The position numbers and the translations under genes are program-made. Under the pieces are notes generated by a model. That model worked only from the letters and a program-made list of their open reading frames with translations. It did not search any database and had not been told where the DNA came from. From Pocillopora damicornis (taxonomy: Eukaryota), in assembly GCF_003704095.1 (NCBI RefSeq), contig NW_020846063.1:1178001-1242000 (forward strand): a stretch of DNA of 64,000 nt, in the 5' to 3' direction. Positions 47,252 to 60,900 of this stretch are shown here, piece after piece; position 1 is the first letter of the stretch, and every line of letters starts with the position of its first letter.

Positions 47252-48993
47252 ATGTCACAACCTACACGGTAAGTTCATCTTAATGTATGCCCATGCTTAT
47301 GTTTATCTAAGATTTTGAGGTAAAGCTAAAAAATGCTAAATTTTTAGATTTAGCTTTGTAGTAGATTTCGAGTATAATTTGTTACTGTCTGATTATGAGC
47401 AGAATTTTCATCGATTTCATTACTAGCTAACCGATGCTTACTACTTAAGGGTAGCATCCGTTATGTATGTTAATAACAGTTTGAAAGAATATCGCAATCA
47501 CATTTTCACACAGAAAAACTAAAACAGTATTTGGACTCATTCCCTATTTCGTGGTACAATCCTTTTTGCCAAATTGCAAAAGAATCCTATCCAGTTAAAG
47601 CCTAAAATAGCACAGACACTGGTGTCTATAAAACCTTGTGTGTGACTGTAGTGAGAATATAATGTGTTTGTAAGAATTGTTGAATACGAAAATCATTTCT
47701 TTCTACCTCTGCATTTCGGGTTTGGAGCTCTTCACTCGAAAGTGATTTTAAGGTTTTTATCACTCATGGTTGGCAGTCAATCTTAAAACTTCTTGATAAG
47801 CTCTGTGTTTTATTCTTATTAATGAATGTTGTATTTTTTGTTTTTTGATCTGATACTTCTGGGAGCGAAAGGGTTGTGACATTAAGATGAGAAGCCTTCC
47901 TATCAGAGCACTTTTGTTTTTATATTTTAGCCTGTATACAAAAGGCATTGTCCTTGGCTACAAGAGAGGCTTGCGTAATCAGCAACCAAACACCTCCCTT
48001 CTAAGAATCGAAGGAGTAGCTGCCAAGAATGAAACAGATTTCTACCTTGGCAAACGCGTTGCCTTTATCTACCGTGCCAAAAGAAAGTCAGTAGCCAAGG
48101 GAGATAAGAAAGCCAGTAAAGTGCGAGTAATGTGGGGAAAGATCACAAGACCTCATGGAAACAGTGGTGTTGTACGAGCAAAGTTCAGGCATAACCTTCC
48201 ACCTAAAGCAATGGGTGCTACTGTTAGAGTGGTAAGCTATTTTTCAAAAATAATACCGTAGATGTTTGAGATCCAATGTGTGATTCTCCCCACTGACTGC
48301 AGTACATACCTTGTAAATAACACAGGAGAATTTGGTCTTTTAAAGTAACCTCTGGAAGTTGAAAGGCTAAGGCTCTCTTCACACTCGCAATTTATTTGAT
48401 AGTCATCAAACAGAGATAATTCTTTTTTCTATTTTTCTTAAATATTAAAAATTCTCACTGTGTATTAGAGTGTGTCTATGAATAAAGCTGAACAAAGTGA
48501 AAACACTCTTATCCTCAATAAGTCATTCAGATTGATCAGTTATTGAGCCTACTTAGTGGAACAGAAAACTTTGCCTGTGCTTTGCTTCAAAACTTTGCCT
48601 GTAAAACCACAACAGATATTTCACTGGTGGCTTTCATGAAATTCATGTATACACTAGGCAAATCTATGGAAAAGTATGTGGTTTGAAAAAAATTCAAATT
48701 TATTGTAATGTGGCTTAGGTTAACTTAGTCAATCAAGGAAAATTTTGAAGTTCTGAGCTGTGACGAAATATATGTTTCTGTGAAATGCTGATTTATTAAT
48801 TCAGCATTCTTGATGTTTAACTACACTTGAACAGAGCTCAGAATATTTAATTCTCTTATAGCATTATAAATTTCTTGGAATTTTCTTATCAGGACTAGTC
48901 CAAGTAATGATTTGTATGACAGAGAAGTATCTGACAAATCTTATGTATTGTCTTTCTTTCTGTTCACAGATGTTGTACCCTTCAAGGATTTAA
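47252..48993 (+). CDS. RPL35A: 60S ribosomal protein eL33/L35a, 113 aa
   Basis: Coding exons 47252-47268, 47931-48231, 48970-48993: [77 protein letters not shown]. Non-coding first exon about 46960-47001. AATAAA at 49023-49028. Confidence 0.97.
48751..48926 (+). ncRNA. Candidate intronic structured RNA (snoRNA-like) in the last RPL35A intron
   Basis: Nested perfect stems TTCTGAGCT/AGCTCAGAA and AATGCTGA/TCAGCATT, AGAATA (ANANNA) at 48840-48845, second hairpin CTTGGA/TCCAAG, ACA at 48919-48921. Confidence 0.3.
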
Positions 48994-50081
48994 GTTGAAT
49001 TCTTGTGCTCTACAGTTGTACAAATAAAATCCCTTCATAACATATTTAAGTTGTGAGTGGTTGTTGCTGTTTTGTTTATTTTTTTGCTTTTCACCGCTTT
49101 GTAACCTATTGGAAAGAGAACTCTGTACTTCCTTTGAGTACTACATTGCAATGCCACTCAAACTATCAATGTATTTTGTCACCTAACAATCTGTTACCAT
49201 AATAGAATAATGTCATCTGGAAATTGAATTTGTTGTATAGAAAAAGCATTTTAAAAGAAATTGTGGAATCCCTGGAGAATGGCAGTATGCAACTTATGCA
49301 CTAATGTAAAGGGGCTCATCAACACCCTGTTTAATCGCCTGGAAGAAAATTTCTCTTTTAGGGGTGGGGGGTTAGGGTAATTGTCTCTTTACACCCACAT
49401 CATGATAATAGTTGAGGCAATTCACTAGGCCAAACTAGGAAAATGAGACTTGCTTGGCTCAGACAAAAACCCCTTAATGAGGAAATAGTTCACAAGAAAA
49501 ATAACGTGTGTCAGTTCGTTTTTTCCGGTCTCTGGAAATGTGGTGGAATGTAAGATGGTATAATGGTGGTAATGCACGAATAGGATGCAATCGGAGAATA
49601 TGATACATTTGTTCCCCTTTTTGAAATCTTCTCCAGTGTAAGTTATGGGCTAATACTCGTCAAGTTCCAAGAACACTGACCTTCGAATTAAGGCGAATTA
49701 CAGAACTATTCTTGTGAATCAAATTCTTGGTTCGCCCTTTCCCTTGTTTTAGAGCTGAGTCATGTATCTGCCTCATTTCAAGTTGCAATTGTCTGCCTTT
49801 TCCCTTGCGATGAGAACTCTTCCGTCATAACTAAGACAACTGATGACGTATGTGACGACACAATCATAATTTGACATCGTAAGCGCAAATTTTCGCGCGC
49901 AGCGCTACCAGTCGAACGGTTTCGCCAGATGATTAAGCCTTTTTGAAGAAAACATGTAGCATTTTTTTTGGCAGCGGAAACCCTTGTGGGGTTCACACAG
50001 CGATTGACAACATGATCACCAACATTTCCTTACAGAGGTGCAAGTTTTTGAAACTCTGAAACATTTCCTTCCGAGCACACT

Positions 50082-53000
50082 ATGTCTCGAAGATACGAAT
50101 TCGCCATGCAGAAACATGGTAAAGGGCAGAGGAGAAAACCAAAAGAAAAGCTTCAGCTCAACAAACTTGATCTCCAGGCGTTACCGTTACTCAAAGACCA
50201 ACGGGAATCCGAGTATGAGGCCAGCTGGAGAAAAGACCTGTTGTCACCAGAGGAAAAGGAGGAAGACCTAGCGACAGCTACTAAGAGTGAGAGTGATCTT
50301 CCGTTAACAGTGCATGCAGTGGGAATAGGACAACAGAAGTCTAATGACTACATCGAGCAGGAGTTTAGCGGCATCACTGATAGAATATCAAAGGTAAAAT
50401 ATCACGAATAAAGGGTGGAGAGGGGAGGGGAGGGGAAATAAGCTTCTGACGAAACTGTGGCGCTGCGTCGGTGGGCAGAATAACAAGATAATTTGATTTT
50501 ATCGACTGGGTTGGCAGTGAAAATTGTCCGCCGTAAAGAGTTTCTAAAGCTGATCATCCCAGCGTTAGCCCTTCGTCAGAGCGAGGGACATGTATTTGAT
50601 TCGTAGGTTAAGAAGCTGTAGGCAAAAGTTCCCCTAGGGAGGGAGAGTAAAAACTGTGGGATGATAGATGTAGAGATTTTTGAGACTACACTTTGAATGA
50701 TAGGCCAAGCTCACATTTGATTTAGCCTCGATAAATACCATTATCCTTGTTTGATAAGTAAACTGTTAGATGTTTTAAAAAAATAATTTTCTGATTAATT
50801 ATACCGCTTAAAAAGTATGGTGACGATTTTCTTGTCGTTTAATCCTTTAAGAGTTACTCGATAAGATGATCAAAATATTTTTAAAAAAACATTCTTAGAC
50901 GAGTCAGCATTTGTAGTTAAGACCGAGTGATCTCCTGGAGGTCGCTTTCTAGAAAATAGACGTCATATGTTCGATTCAGACAAATTTTAATGTTTGAGAA
51001 TTGGTTTTTTATCTTTCAGTTGCTAACGGAATACGAATCCATGTACGATGACAAAGATCCAAAGGTAAAGCCTATGAAACAAGAAACGTTTCGCTTTACA
51101 CCCTAACATCAGTATCCATATCTTTCATACTCTTCTCTATATTTCTCCTTTGGGACTGACTCGGACAATTTGTTTAACAATTTTCGACCATTTCCGATAT
51201 TCTCACGATCTTAATGAATGATTCAGGAGTATTACTTTAAGGAGAAATAAGATGCTGATAACTCTTGGAACTTGAACGGTTAAGTTTGATTAGAGTAAGC
51301 CGCGTGCATAAAATTGTAAACTAGATTATCAGGAAGCATTTCTCGTTATAACCTAAGGAATTACAAATCTGAAAGGTCTCGTAAGGAATGGGAAGGCTCT
51401 GAGCTTGGCACAAGTGTTATAAACAACAAGAAGCACAGGATACCCAGCATCGCCTTAACCAAAGATACGCCTAGCGTCATCCTGTAATCTTTAACAACTT
51501 TATAAAAGTCAAAGAAAGTCGAGTTTTTTTAAGTTAAATTTTTAGCTTTCTTGTTTTCACTTTGTTACTCATGTGTGTGTGTGTCCGCTAATGGTAGCCT
51601 CAAGGAGGTTTGATCGCAAGCAGTGTGTCATCTTTTTGTCTCCTCAGGGATATGGCGCCATGCAGGAGCATCTCAGCGGCCAAGTATTGCACCCTTCTCT
51701 TTGCTCTTGTTAAAATTATCTTTCGTTCTTCATGTCATAAATTATCTGCCAGGATTTCGTTTTTCAACGGGCTATCACCAATAGAACGGAAATAAACTGA
51801 TCCATTAGACGTAGAATGTAGAGGTGATAGCCCTCCCTGATTCCATTCCACAACATCGCCTGAGAAACAAATATTAATATTTCAAAAAAATTCATCTGAA
51901 ATTGAATTTGTCTGATCCTCACAATGACGAGAAAAACTACCACACTGAAGTATCTAAGAATCTAAAACGCATCCAATTTCAAAACGCTGATTTGACACTT
52001 TTTTTTTTTATTAAGATTGCCATGGAAAGTTTGTTAAGTGATTACAAAACTTTGTGTGACGAAAGAGAAGAGGTAAGTTCACCACAAAACTGAGTAAAGA
52101 TAATCTACAGTTTAATTGTGGTTTAACATCCGCTGCGTGTTATTCAACCGTAAGCTCGCCTGCTTACGTAGCAGATTCACGCACATCGATATTCATAATT
52201 CTTAGTACTGATAAAGCTCACAAATTTGGAGCACAATTTTCTAGAACTGTTTCAACGTTACTTGGATAGTCAATGCGTGCAAAAAGGAGAGAGACAAAAC
52301 AATTCTAACATGACGGTTCATCTTAGCATTTTTTCTCCCCGCGTTTCCCCGCAAGCCACCTAATGTCACAAATCAAGGAAACTTTCTTTGGTGGATATAT
52401 TTAACCTCTAACGACAACGATCATCGACAGTAGAAGCTAATTTTGCTTTATTCATTGCAGTTACTAAATTCCCTTCAAGATGTAAGTATTATCCTTTTGT
52501 TCTCGTCCTGTTGCACTGCTTTTTATGGCTGCGAAAACATCCTACCCGAAGCTGCAGGCGGCACACCGATGTTATGGTCTACATCGGGAATTTTTTACGG
52601 CATTTTAACTTGCCATTACGGAAGGCAATTTACTTGTCGTGTGAAGCGGTGTTGACTTACTTTTTATTCTCGGCTCATTTTTCTACAGTCGCTTGAATTT
52701 GACGAGGAAGAAATCTTAAATGAGGTAACTTTTAGGTTTTGTTTGTTTAGTGTTCACTTGTATTTTTTACTCTCCATGACTGAGTCTCAATCCAACGGAA
52801 CAATACCCGGAAATATGTGACTTGGATTGGAGGATGTTGCTTGTGATTCGGTTATTGTAGTAAATGTTATGTGTATCTTTGTTACAGCTGGAGGCGATGA
52901 GCAAAAAAGATCAAACAATAGACATGGAGGGCACACAGCGAGCAATTCAGTATGTGAACTGTAAACTATTTTCCTCGCGAACAGCGAAGAGGCGGAGAGG

Positions 53001-54931
53001 GAATGTGTGGCTGGTGCTAGTGGCAGAACCTTATATATGGATGTCTGAAATGTTCTAAACCCTCCCCTCCCCCAGAAAAGTAAACACGAAGAAATAAACT
53101 TTATTTGAATTAGGAGTAAAAACTGCAGCCACCTAGGCCCCCTCATTGCTCCGCCGTTCTTTATGCTAATCCCAGTATAAGATTCTGCAGTCTGTTTTAA
53201 CCCAGTTGCTAAGTTACACGTTAATTCATGCTCTCATGTTGTTTATCCTCTTTTTGTTTTACAGGGAAACGTTCCAAACTGTGAAAGACACTACCACCAA
53301 ATTGGAGAAACTCAACAAAAGGATGATTGATGAATCGAAAAAAGGAGAAGCTACTAGGGCCTTAGAGGAGTATGTTTGGCTCCATATCTGCACCATAAGC
53401 TCTAAATAAGTATTTCGCCGGCTCTCTAAGCTAAGTTTGTTTTCTCAAGGTGTAGATACTCTGGTCTCCTCTTCTGGAACAAATTTTCCCTTCCTCGACT
53501 CACCTAAAGCCCTCTCAGTCCAACCAAACGTTCTTATTATTTTCATTCCGTTATTATATTACCTTATCAGATGTACCATTTGTTTGTCAATAATCATCTG
53601 GGGAAAAAAAATCAGGCCTAAAAAATTCAGAATTCAAACCCAGGCCTCTCAGATGCTAGTTGGAAGTTACTACCAACTGCAAGGAATTCACACAATAGTA
53701 ATGAGGCGAATCTTGGATGATTCTTTGTTCAAGGATGTCTGAATGTTGTCCTACAGCCTTGTTGAAGGCCTCATTCGAACTGCAATATTGCTAATCAAAT
53801 TTCTATCAAATATAGACATATGTGTGTCTTAATACATTATTTCGTTTTTGTTCATAACTCTCCAACAATCGGAGGGTCGCTTTTCACGTGAAGCTAAAAT
53901 CATGATCATCCTAGGAGTGAGTTTCTCTTTTTTCCAGAGAAAAGAGACAGTTGGAACGGGAGCTGCAGATTCACAAAAGGATGGCCACGCAACAAAGGAA
54001 GGAACTTTTCTCAAGTAATTAGGACTCAAAAATTTCATTTGTAGCAAAAATAATTCCGAGGCAAAAGCCTCCATCTTTCCTGGTCAATGTTTGAGGGTAG
54101 ATAACACTGTAGTGAAAGAAAAACTCTAGAATAAATACGTTGATCCCATTGCTATCGTATGAACTTGTATTTTAATTGTTTGATCTGTCAACTCAGAATC
54201 TCTTTTTTTGCGAGATCTTTTCTAGCTAGATTTTCTCTGGCGAAAGTTTTCACGAAAGGCAAATTTTCGTTTATTAGTACTTCAACAAAGGTCGCTCTTT
54301 CGAATTTTTATAAATTTATTATACTGATTCAGTCAGAAATTTGCCCGAATGTCTTCGAGGTGACCTTAGTAGGGGAAATGTCAACGATCTCCCAAGGTCA
54401 GTCCTCCTTCAGATCCTCCGAAGATAGCTTAAACCATAAGTTCTGGATTCCTCAGCTTTCTGTGTAGTAATCAGCCATCCATGAATCTATGAGAGCTGGT
54501 ATTTTGCCTTGCGAAGTCACAGGGTATCGGGGTTTCGTAATGGTGTTTCTTTTATTATTACAGGAAGGCAAAGCGTTCGAAATGAGACACAACAATGGAA
54601 ACTTGTGGCTGGTGAAATGGTTGAAATACTACACATGGTGCGAAACGAGGGAAATTTAGGTAAAACTGAGGGGAACTGACCCCTTTTGTTCACTATTTTC
54701 TATCACAATCTTCAGATATTTGAAGGATAACAAACACACTTGCCTCCATTTGACGGGAAAGCATGCTCGTATAGTTGTCCTCATACATTTTCTGTTCCTC
54801 GAAGCTCACAGTTTTCGTGTGTGTTCGCAGCTCGGATCAGATAATGTCCTCAGCAAATATCCGTGCATACTTTCTGGCCAAATGGCTATTGTTTGTATAT
54901 TATCATAATTATCACCACTGTCATTTTTTTA

Positions 54932-54968
<37 letters not shown>

Positions 54969-57900
54969 TCTTAGTGTTATTATTTTTATTGATACCATTT
55001 TAATTAATTTTATTACTACATTGAGACTGTAGACCTCAATGATTATCCTGCTTCATTTTTTCATAGATAAGGAATCCTTAGAAAAGGAACTTCAAAAAAT
55101 CGTGGCGACTCTTAACGATCAAAATGAGTACATCGAGAAGTAAGTATTTACACAGGGAAGCCAAGCTCAAGCTCTTGGAGCAGGACTTATGGTCACTACT
55201 GTGGCTTATGCTTTGTCAGTTCAAGAATGTCCGACTGATACTTCGTAGCGTCACCTATAGCGGTATCAAAATGCCTCAAGAAAAATGAACTAAATCTAAT
55301 CTTGGCAATACTAGCGCAATTTGGTAGCAACTTAGGGAAGAATCAGCACTTCAGCCAAGTGAGCCGCACCGANNNNNNNNNNNNNNNNNNNNNNNNNNNN
55401 NNNNNNNNNNNNNNNNNNNNNNNNNNNNNNNNNNNNNNNNNNNNNNNNNNNNNNNNNNNNNNNNNNNNNNNNNNNNNNNNNNNNNNNNNNNNNNNNNNNN
55501 NNNNNNNNNNNNNNNNNNNNNNNNNNNNNNNNNNNNNNNNNNNNNNNNNNNNNNNNNNNNNNNNNNNNNNNNNNNNNNNNNNNNNNNNNNNNNNNNNNNN
55601 NNNNNNNNNNNNNNNNNNNNNNNNNNNNNNNNNNNNNNNNNNNNNNNNNNNNNNNNNNNTTCAGTTAATCTATGACCGTCTTTTAATTCCAGCTTGAAAA
55701 AAGACATCAGCAAACACGAAAAAGTAAGTACGAAAACAAGTTGAATCAAATGAAATCTCTCAACGTTTTAGGAATTCTCTTAGATTTTTGCCATAAGAAA
55801 AAAATTGTTTGCAAAACAGTTATGTAAGAGACATCTTTCTAAGAGCAGGAACATCTGCAATTTTCCCAATACAACGAATACATTTAAACGCGTATTCGGC
55901 TACCTTATCAATTATTATTTATTCATTAATCTGTTTATGCAGAGCCAGAAGAACCTCGAGAAAGATAAAACTCGTATATACAATGACAAGATTTCAGTTG
56001 AGGGCCAACTGGAAAAAAAGCAGATTGAACTGAAGCAGTGTAAACAGGTTGGCAATGTTCTTATTAATAAATTTAGCCTCCGCCCTTCATGCTGATTACC
56101 CATACCCGACCCCATACCCGAGAATTGGTGTACGCATGCGTAATGCCACTCAAACTTTGTTTTATCGGAAATATTCTGCTCATGCGTAATTATGTTTACG
56201 ATCGCACATGCATGTGAGGGAGCAAATCGCTTCCCTAGGCTTCAAGAGGGTGATTCCTAAAAATAATTTTGAACAAAAAAAAAAAAGGCAAAGGAAAATC
56301 AACACAATTATTGACCTGTCTGTGTTTCTGTTCATATTGCAGCATCTTCGCAGATTTCTCGCCGAAAAAAAGGACAATATTAAAATCAGTGAAGCAGTAA
56401 TTGACCAGACCGAGGAAACAGAGGAGGTGAGAATCCTGTACCATAATCTGTGGATACAAGACAAATGTTTAAAATTAAAAGTTTTTTGAGTGGCTCTCCG
56501 ATAAGTAGCACTCGCTTACGCTTGGTCCGTCGCCCACGTAAAGAGTAAATTCCTATTTCCTTGGTGGTGATTGGTTCATTTTGTCTAAGAAATCTAGACA
56601 TCGATGACATTAGTGGTAACCGATAGATTAAAATTTTTTTCATGTCATTTTCTGCCAATGATGGTTTCATTGCGTGAAGAACGCTTTTTTGCTCATTTTT
56701 CCGGCCTTAATTATTTTTTGTGGCCACGGCATAAAAATAGATTAAGATTTGTTTAAATATGTCAATCAGCTGGAGGAAAACTGCGCACCAGTCGCTATAT
56801 CTTAAATTTTGCGTTTGTTTGTGTGGAAAACTTTTCATTTGTATCAAGAAAAGTTCCGAGAAGTCAAAAACTGATTCCTTGGAAAAGATGAATATGGCCT
56901 TGATTTTTTAAATCAGATCATTTTTTTTTCTCCAGTTGCTTCCTTTGCAGACGAAATCCATTACAGGTTCAAGCGAGGATTTTGCCTCGACTGATATACT
57001 GCAGGCTCAAGTGAGAGACGCGCGGAATGTGGCGCAGAAACTTGAAAAGGCGAGTGCCGAGATTTCAGCTTTCCTCAAAACTGGGATTCGGGGAAGTGAA
57101 ATGTTTAAATATATCTCATTATCACATTGTTTTTAATTCTTCGTTACAGGAAAACAAAGAACTGCAAAGAAAGTTGGAATCTTTAGATGGTAACAGAAAG
57201 GTCTGAAGAACTCTTTTTGTATGATGATTGAAACTAATTTTTATGTTTGATAACTATGGTCATAGGCAATGAAAATATGAAATTGAACTCAGTGATCGAT
57301 GACAGAAATTTCTGGTTTTGTTAATTTTAAAAGCCGTTTAAAGAAACTGATCCATCGAGTGAGGTCGAAAACATTCAGACTGAACCTTCTGCTGCGGAGT
57401 GTCCCAACTGCTCCTCTTACAGAGACCAGTTGACCAGTCAGTTACAACAGATAACGGAGAAGGAACAAGAAATCACGCGCACTAAACAAGAGTTGAATAA
57501 ATTAAGATCGCAGCCGCGTACTTCTAAGAAAAAGGTATCTATAACAAATAAATCCTTGGAAATTTGTAAGACCTCAACTTATACTGCTTATGCCATGTAA
57601 TGAGTTTTCAACATGTCTCGTGTAGATAGCAAACTTGGTCCATTGTTTTTTAAGGACAATACCACCTCTGCAAAATCTGAATTGACGACTTCTGAGGAAG
57701 AGGTATCTATAACAATAAATCCTTGGAAATTTGTAAGATCTTAACTTATACTGCATGTGCCGTGTAATAAGTTTCAGCATGTCTCGTGTAGATAGCAAAC
57801 TTGGTCCATTGTTTTTTAAGGACAATACCACCTCTACAAAATCTGAATTGACGCCGGCTGAAGCGCAGGCAAAAATACGGTCTAAAAAGACATCAACCAC

Positions 57901-60900
57901 AAAAGGTATTCAACTTTTGTCACTTATAATATATACGACTGTAATACCGCTAACATATCTGCAAGCTGCGGGCGAACTGAAAGCAAATACACGGAATTTG
58001 AAAACTTTTCCCGCGTTCATGAAATATTGCTTATGTGAGCAAAGTATGCGCACCAGTGATTTGCTGCTGTGCACTGCACTTTGTTGATAATGTCCAAAGC
58101 CCTCACAATGCTCATTTCTCTTTTAAAAAAACAGCCGTGAATCCAACCCAGATCTCATCCGAAAACGATACAGGGTCTAGTATGGAAGAAATAGAGGAGG
58201 ATCAATCAGAGCCGGGCGGACAGAAAAAAAACAAGACGGCTAGAAGGAGCAAAAAGTCAAGGAAACGGAAGAAGGAAGAAGAGGAACTGTCACACGACGA
58301 TGAAGAAGGGGATAAAAGTATCGAGGAAGAGGATGATAATGCTGCCAAACCAAGAAAGGCGGCCGACTTAAAAAGAGAGGAGGAGAGGATAGAAGTGAAA
58401 TCAAGAGGACGTAACTCAGTTTTGGGTGAATGTAGGGAGGAAAAGGCTCCTTACGTGACCGTTAGAGAGGCAAAAGTGGTCACGCTTGCTAATAAAGTAA
58501 GTACTGCATGCATAATATAATAAGATCATATTGTTGGCTTTTGCACTAATATCGAAGGAATTGTCTTTTAAGGGGACTCAGACCAGTCAGTATGACCGCA
58601 AGCTGTATGAGGGCATAAGTCAGAGGCAATCTATTTCACGACCGCCACCGCCGCAAGATGGTAAATCGCTGGCTGAGGCTATCGTGGCGGTAAAACCGAC
58701 TAATGTCGTCGAGCAAGAAACGACCTCTGCTGTGACATTTATACAGGACGAGGTAAGATGAAGGTCTTGAACCAGTCATCGATTATTTGGTAAGAAAAAT
58801 CTTAGGATACCACCTGATCCCATCTTGATACCAGGTCAGGCGTCATGAAAATATATCGATGAGAAAACCACTGCTACTGCGTCAGACCTGAGACTAACAG
58901 TTTGCAATTTGTATATTTTCATGAGCACCACACGTAAGTCAGAATAACTGCCTTGGTGGGAACAAATGACTGTCTTCGCTAGTTCACAAGGAGCAATTCA
59001 CCCGAACTGTTTTTATGCTTTCTTTGTTGAACAGGTAGACCGACTTTGTGATGAAATATCTGGATTTGTCGAATACGGATATGATCTTGTTGAGCAAGGA
59101 GGTATTTTTTTGTGGTTTTTGTTGTTATTGTTGTTTGTTTTTTTTAAAGTTTTTCTCAAAAGACGAGGTTTGTCAGGATAATAATTTCTCATTTATTTCG
59201 ATCAACAGCGAAGACCTTGCGAACAGTGACCGAGAAACACCTTGGTGAAAAAGCAATGGAAATATTGGAGTCCATTGATGCTGAAAATATTCCGGTAATT
59301 TGACAAACTCTTTCCCAGGACTCTTTTTCCAAGCTATCCGATGAAAGCCATGGAAACTAGACCAGGAAGTACAGACGTGAAATAATAAACTTGGTGTCAG
59401 TATGAAACCTTCATCATGTTTTCCGGGTCAATCAGCCCATTCTGTTATTTTTTTGTTTTGGCTTTTTTTTTTTAATCTTAATCTTTTGTAGTCAAACCAA
59501 TCGTTTTTTTCAGGGAGGGGTAAAATGAGAACGCAGAAAGGGAAACTAAGATGGTTGGTCTTTTACAATTTGTAGAGATGCCATCCCTGATTACTGTGTT
59601 CCTTGTTTTTATTGTCAGATTGATAAAGCTAGAGTAATCAGGGCTCTTGCGTCAACTGAGCAAGGTAGACTGAACAAGCTTGGAAACAAAAGAAGGCGTT
59701 CCTCATTACAATTGAAGCGAGGCGGAACCATTTCAAGGTCGTCTAAACATCAAATATCGAATGGCGAAATGACTGGAAAGGAGAGAGAAAGTATCAGCGC
59801 TGAAGTGGACAGCACTCATCCTGAGGTGGTGTCCTCTGAGCAAACAATGAAGAAGGTAGAAGAGCCTGATGGCGTGACAGGAGAGAGAGACATAGCAGTC
59901 ACGTCAACGGAGCAAGGCAGACTAAACAAGCTTGGGAACAAAAGGAGGCGTTCCTCATTACATTTGAAGCAGGGCGGAACCATTTCAAGGGCGTCTAAAC
60001 ATCAGATATCAAAAGACGAAATGACTGGAAAGGAAAGAGAAAGTATTAGCGCTGAAGCGGACAGCACTTATCCTGAGGTGGTGTCCTCTGAGCAAACAGT
60101 GCAGAAGGTAGAAGAGCACGATAGCGTGACAGGAGAGAGTATCATAGCAGCCACGAAAGAACAAGGGAATTTAGAGGTTCAAAAGGTAGACACGACTGAC
60201 AAGAAAGAGCCAGGGATTCCAAACCTGCGCATTAACAATTTCTTCCTTAGTCAACTAGCCTCTGAAGAACCCGGTCAGGCTTTCGACGCAGAATTTGTCA
60301 AGAAGAGTCAATGGAACACACTGAATGACATTCTTCACTTGCTCCCGCCCTACTCAAAAGTACCGAATAAAGTAAAAGTTACAGCCGAGGGGTCAGCATC
60401 AGGGGCGCCGTTGAGGGAAGACCTAGTGAAGGGACAGTTGACAGTGATGGCACAACACGCTATTGATAGTAAGTGAACCATGAGTGTTTCACCACGTACA
60501 CCAAGACCCCAGCATAGACTGTTAAAAAACCTCCTGTCTTTGCTCAGATCATCTACCCGAACGTGAACGAAATAACAGCCGTAAAGAGCGAGGAGGGGTG
60601 AAGGGGTGGGTGGAAAGATATGTCCTTTACGGGGTCGCTCGCCGCACCTTTTCCTGTTGATATAATGGCCCTGGAGTTGGCTTTGGACTAACAAGCCCCA
60701 GCGAAAACAAACCATCAGGTCCGCGGAGCCTCTAATTTGATTTCCTAATTACCTAGGGACATACAGCTGGTAATCAACAGCTCCCATGGGAGATAACCTG
60801 TAGAGCTGGCCTAAAGTAAACAGTTATTTCATTCGTTCTCGTTCGATATGGGACAATTGTACCCATCGAGCGCTTGCTAGGTTCCATTTAAATTCTTGTG

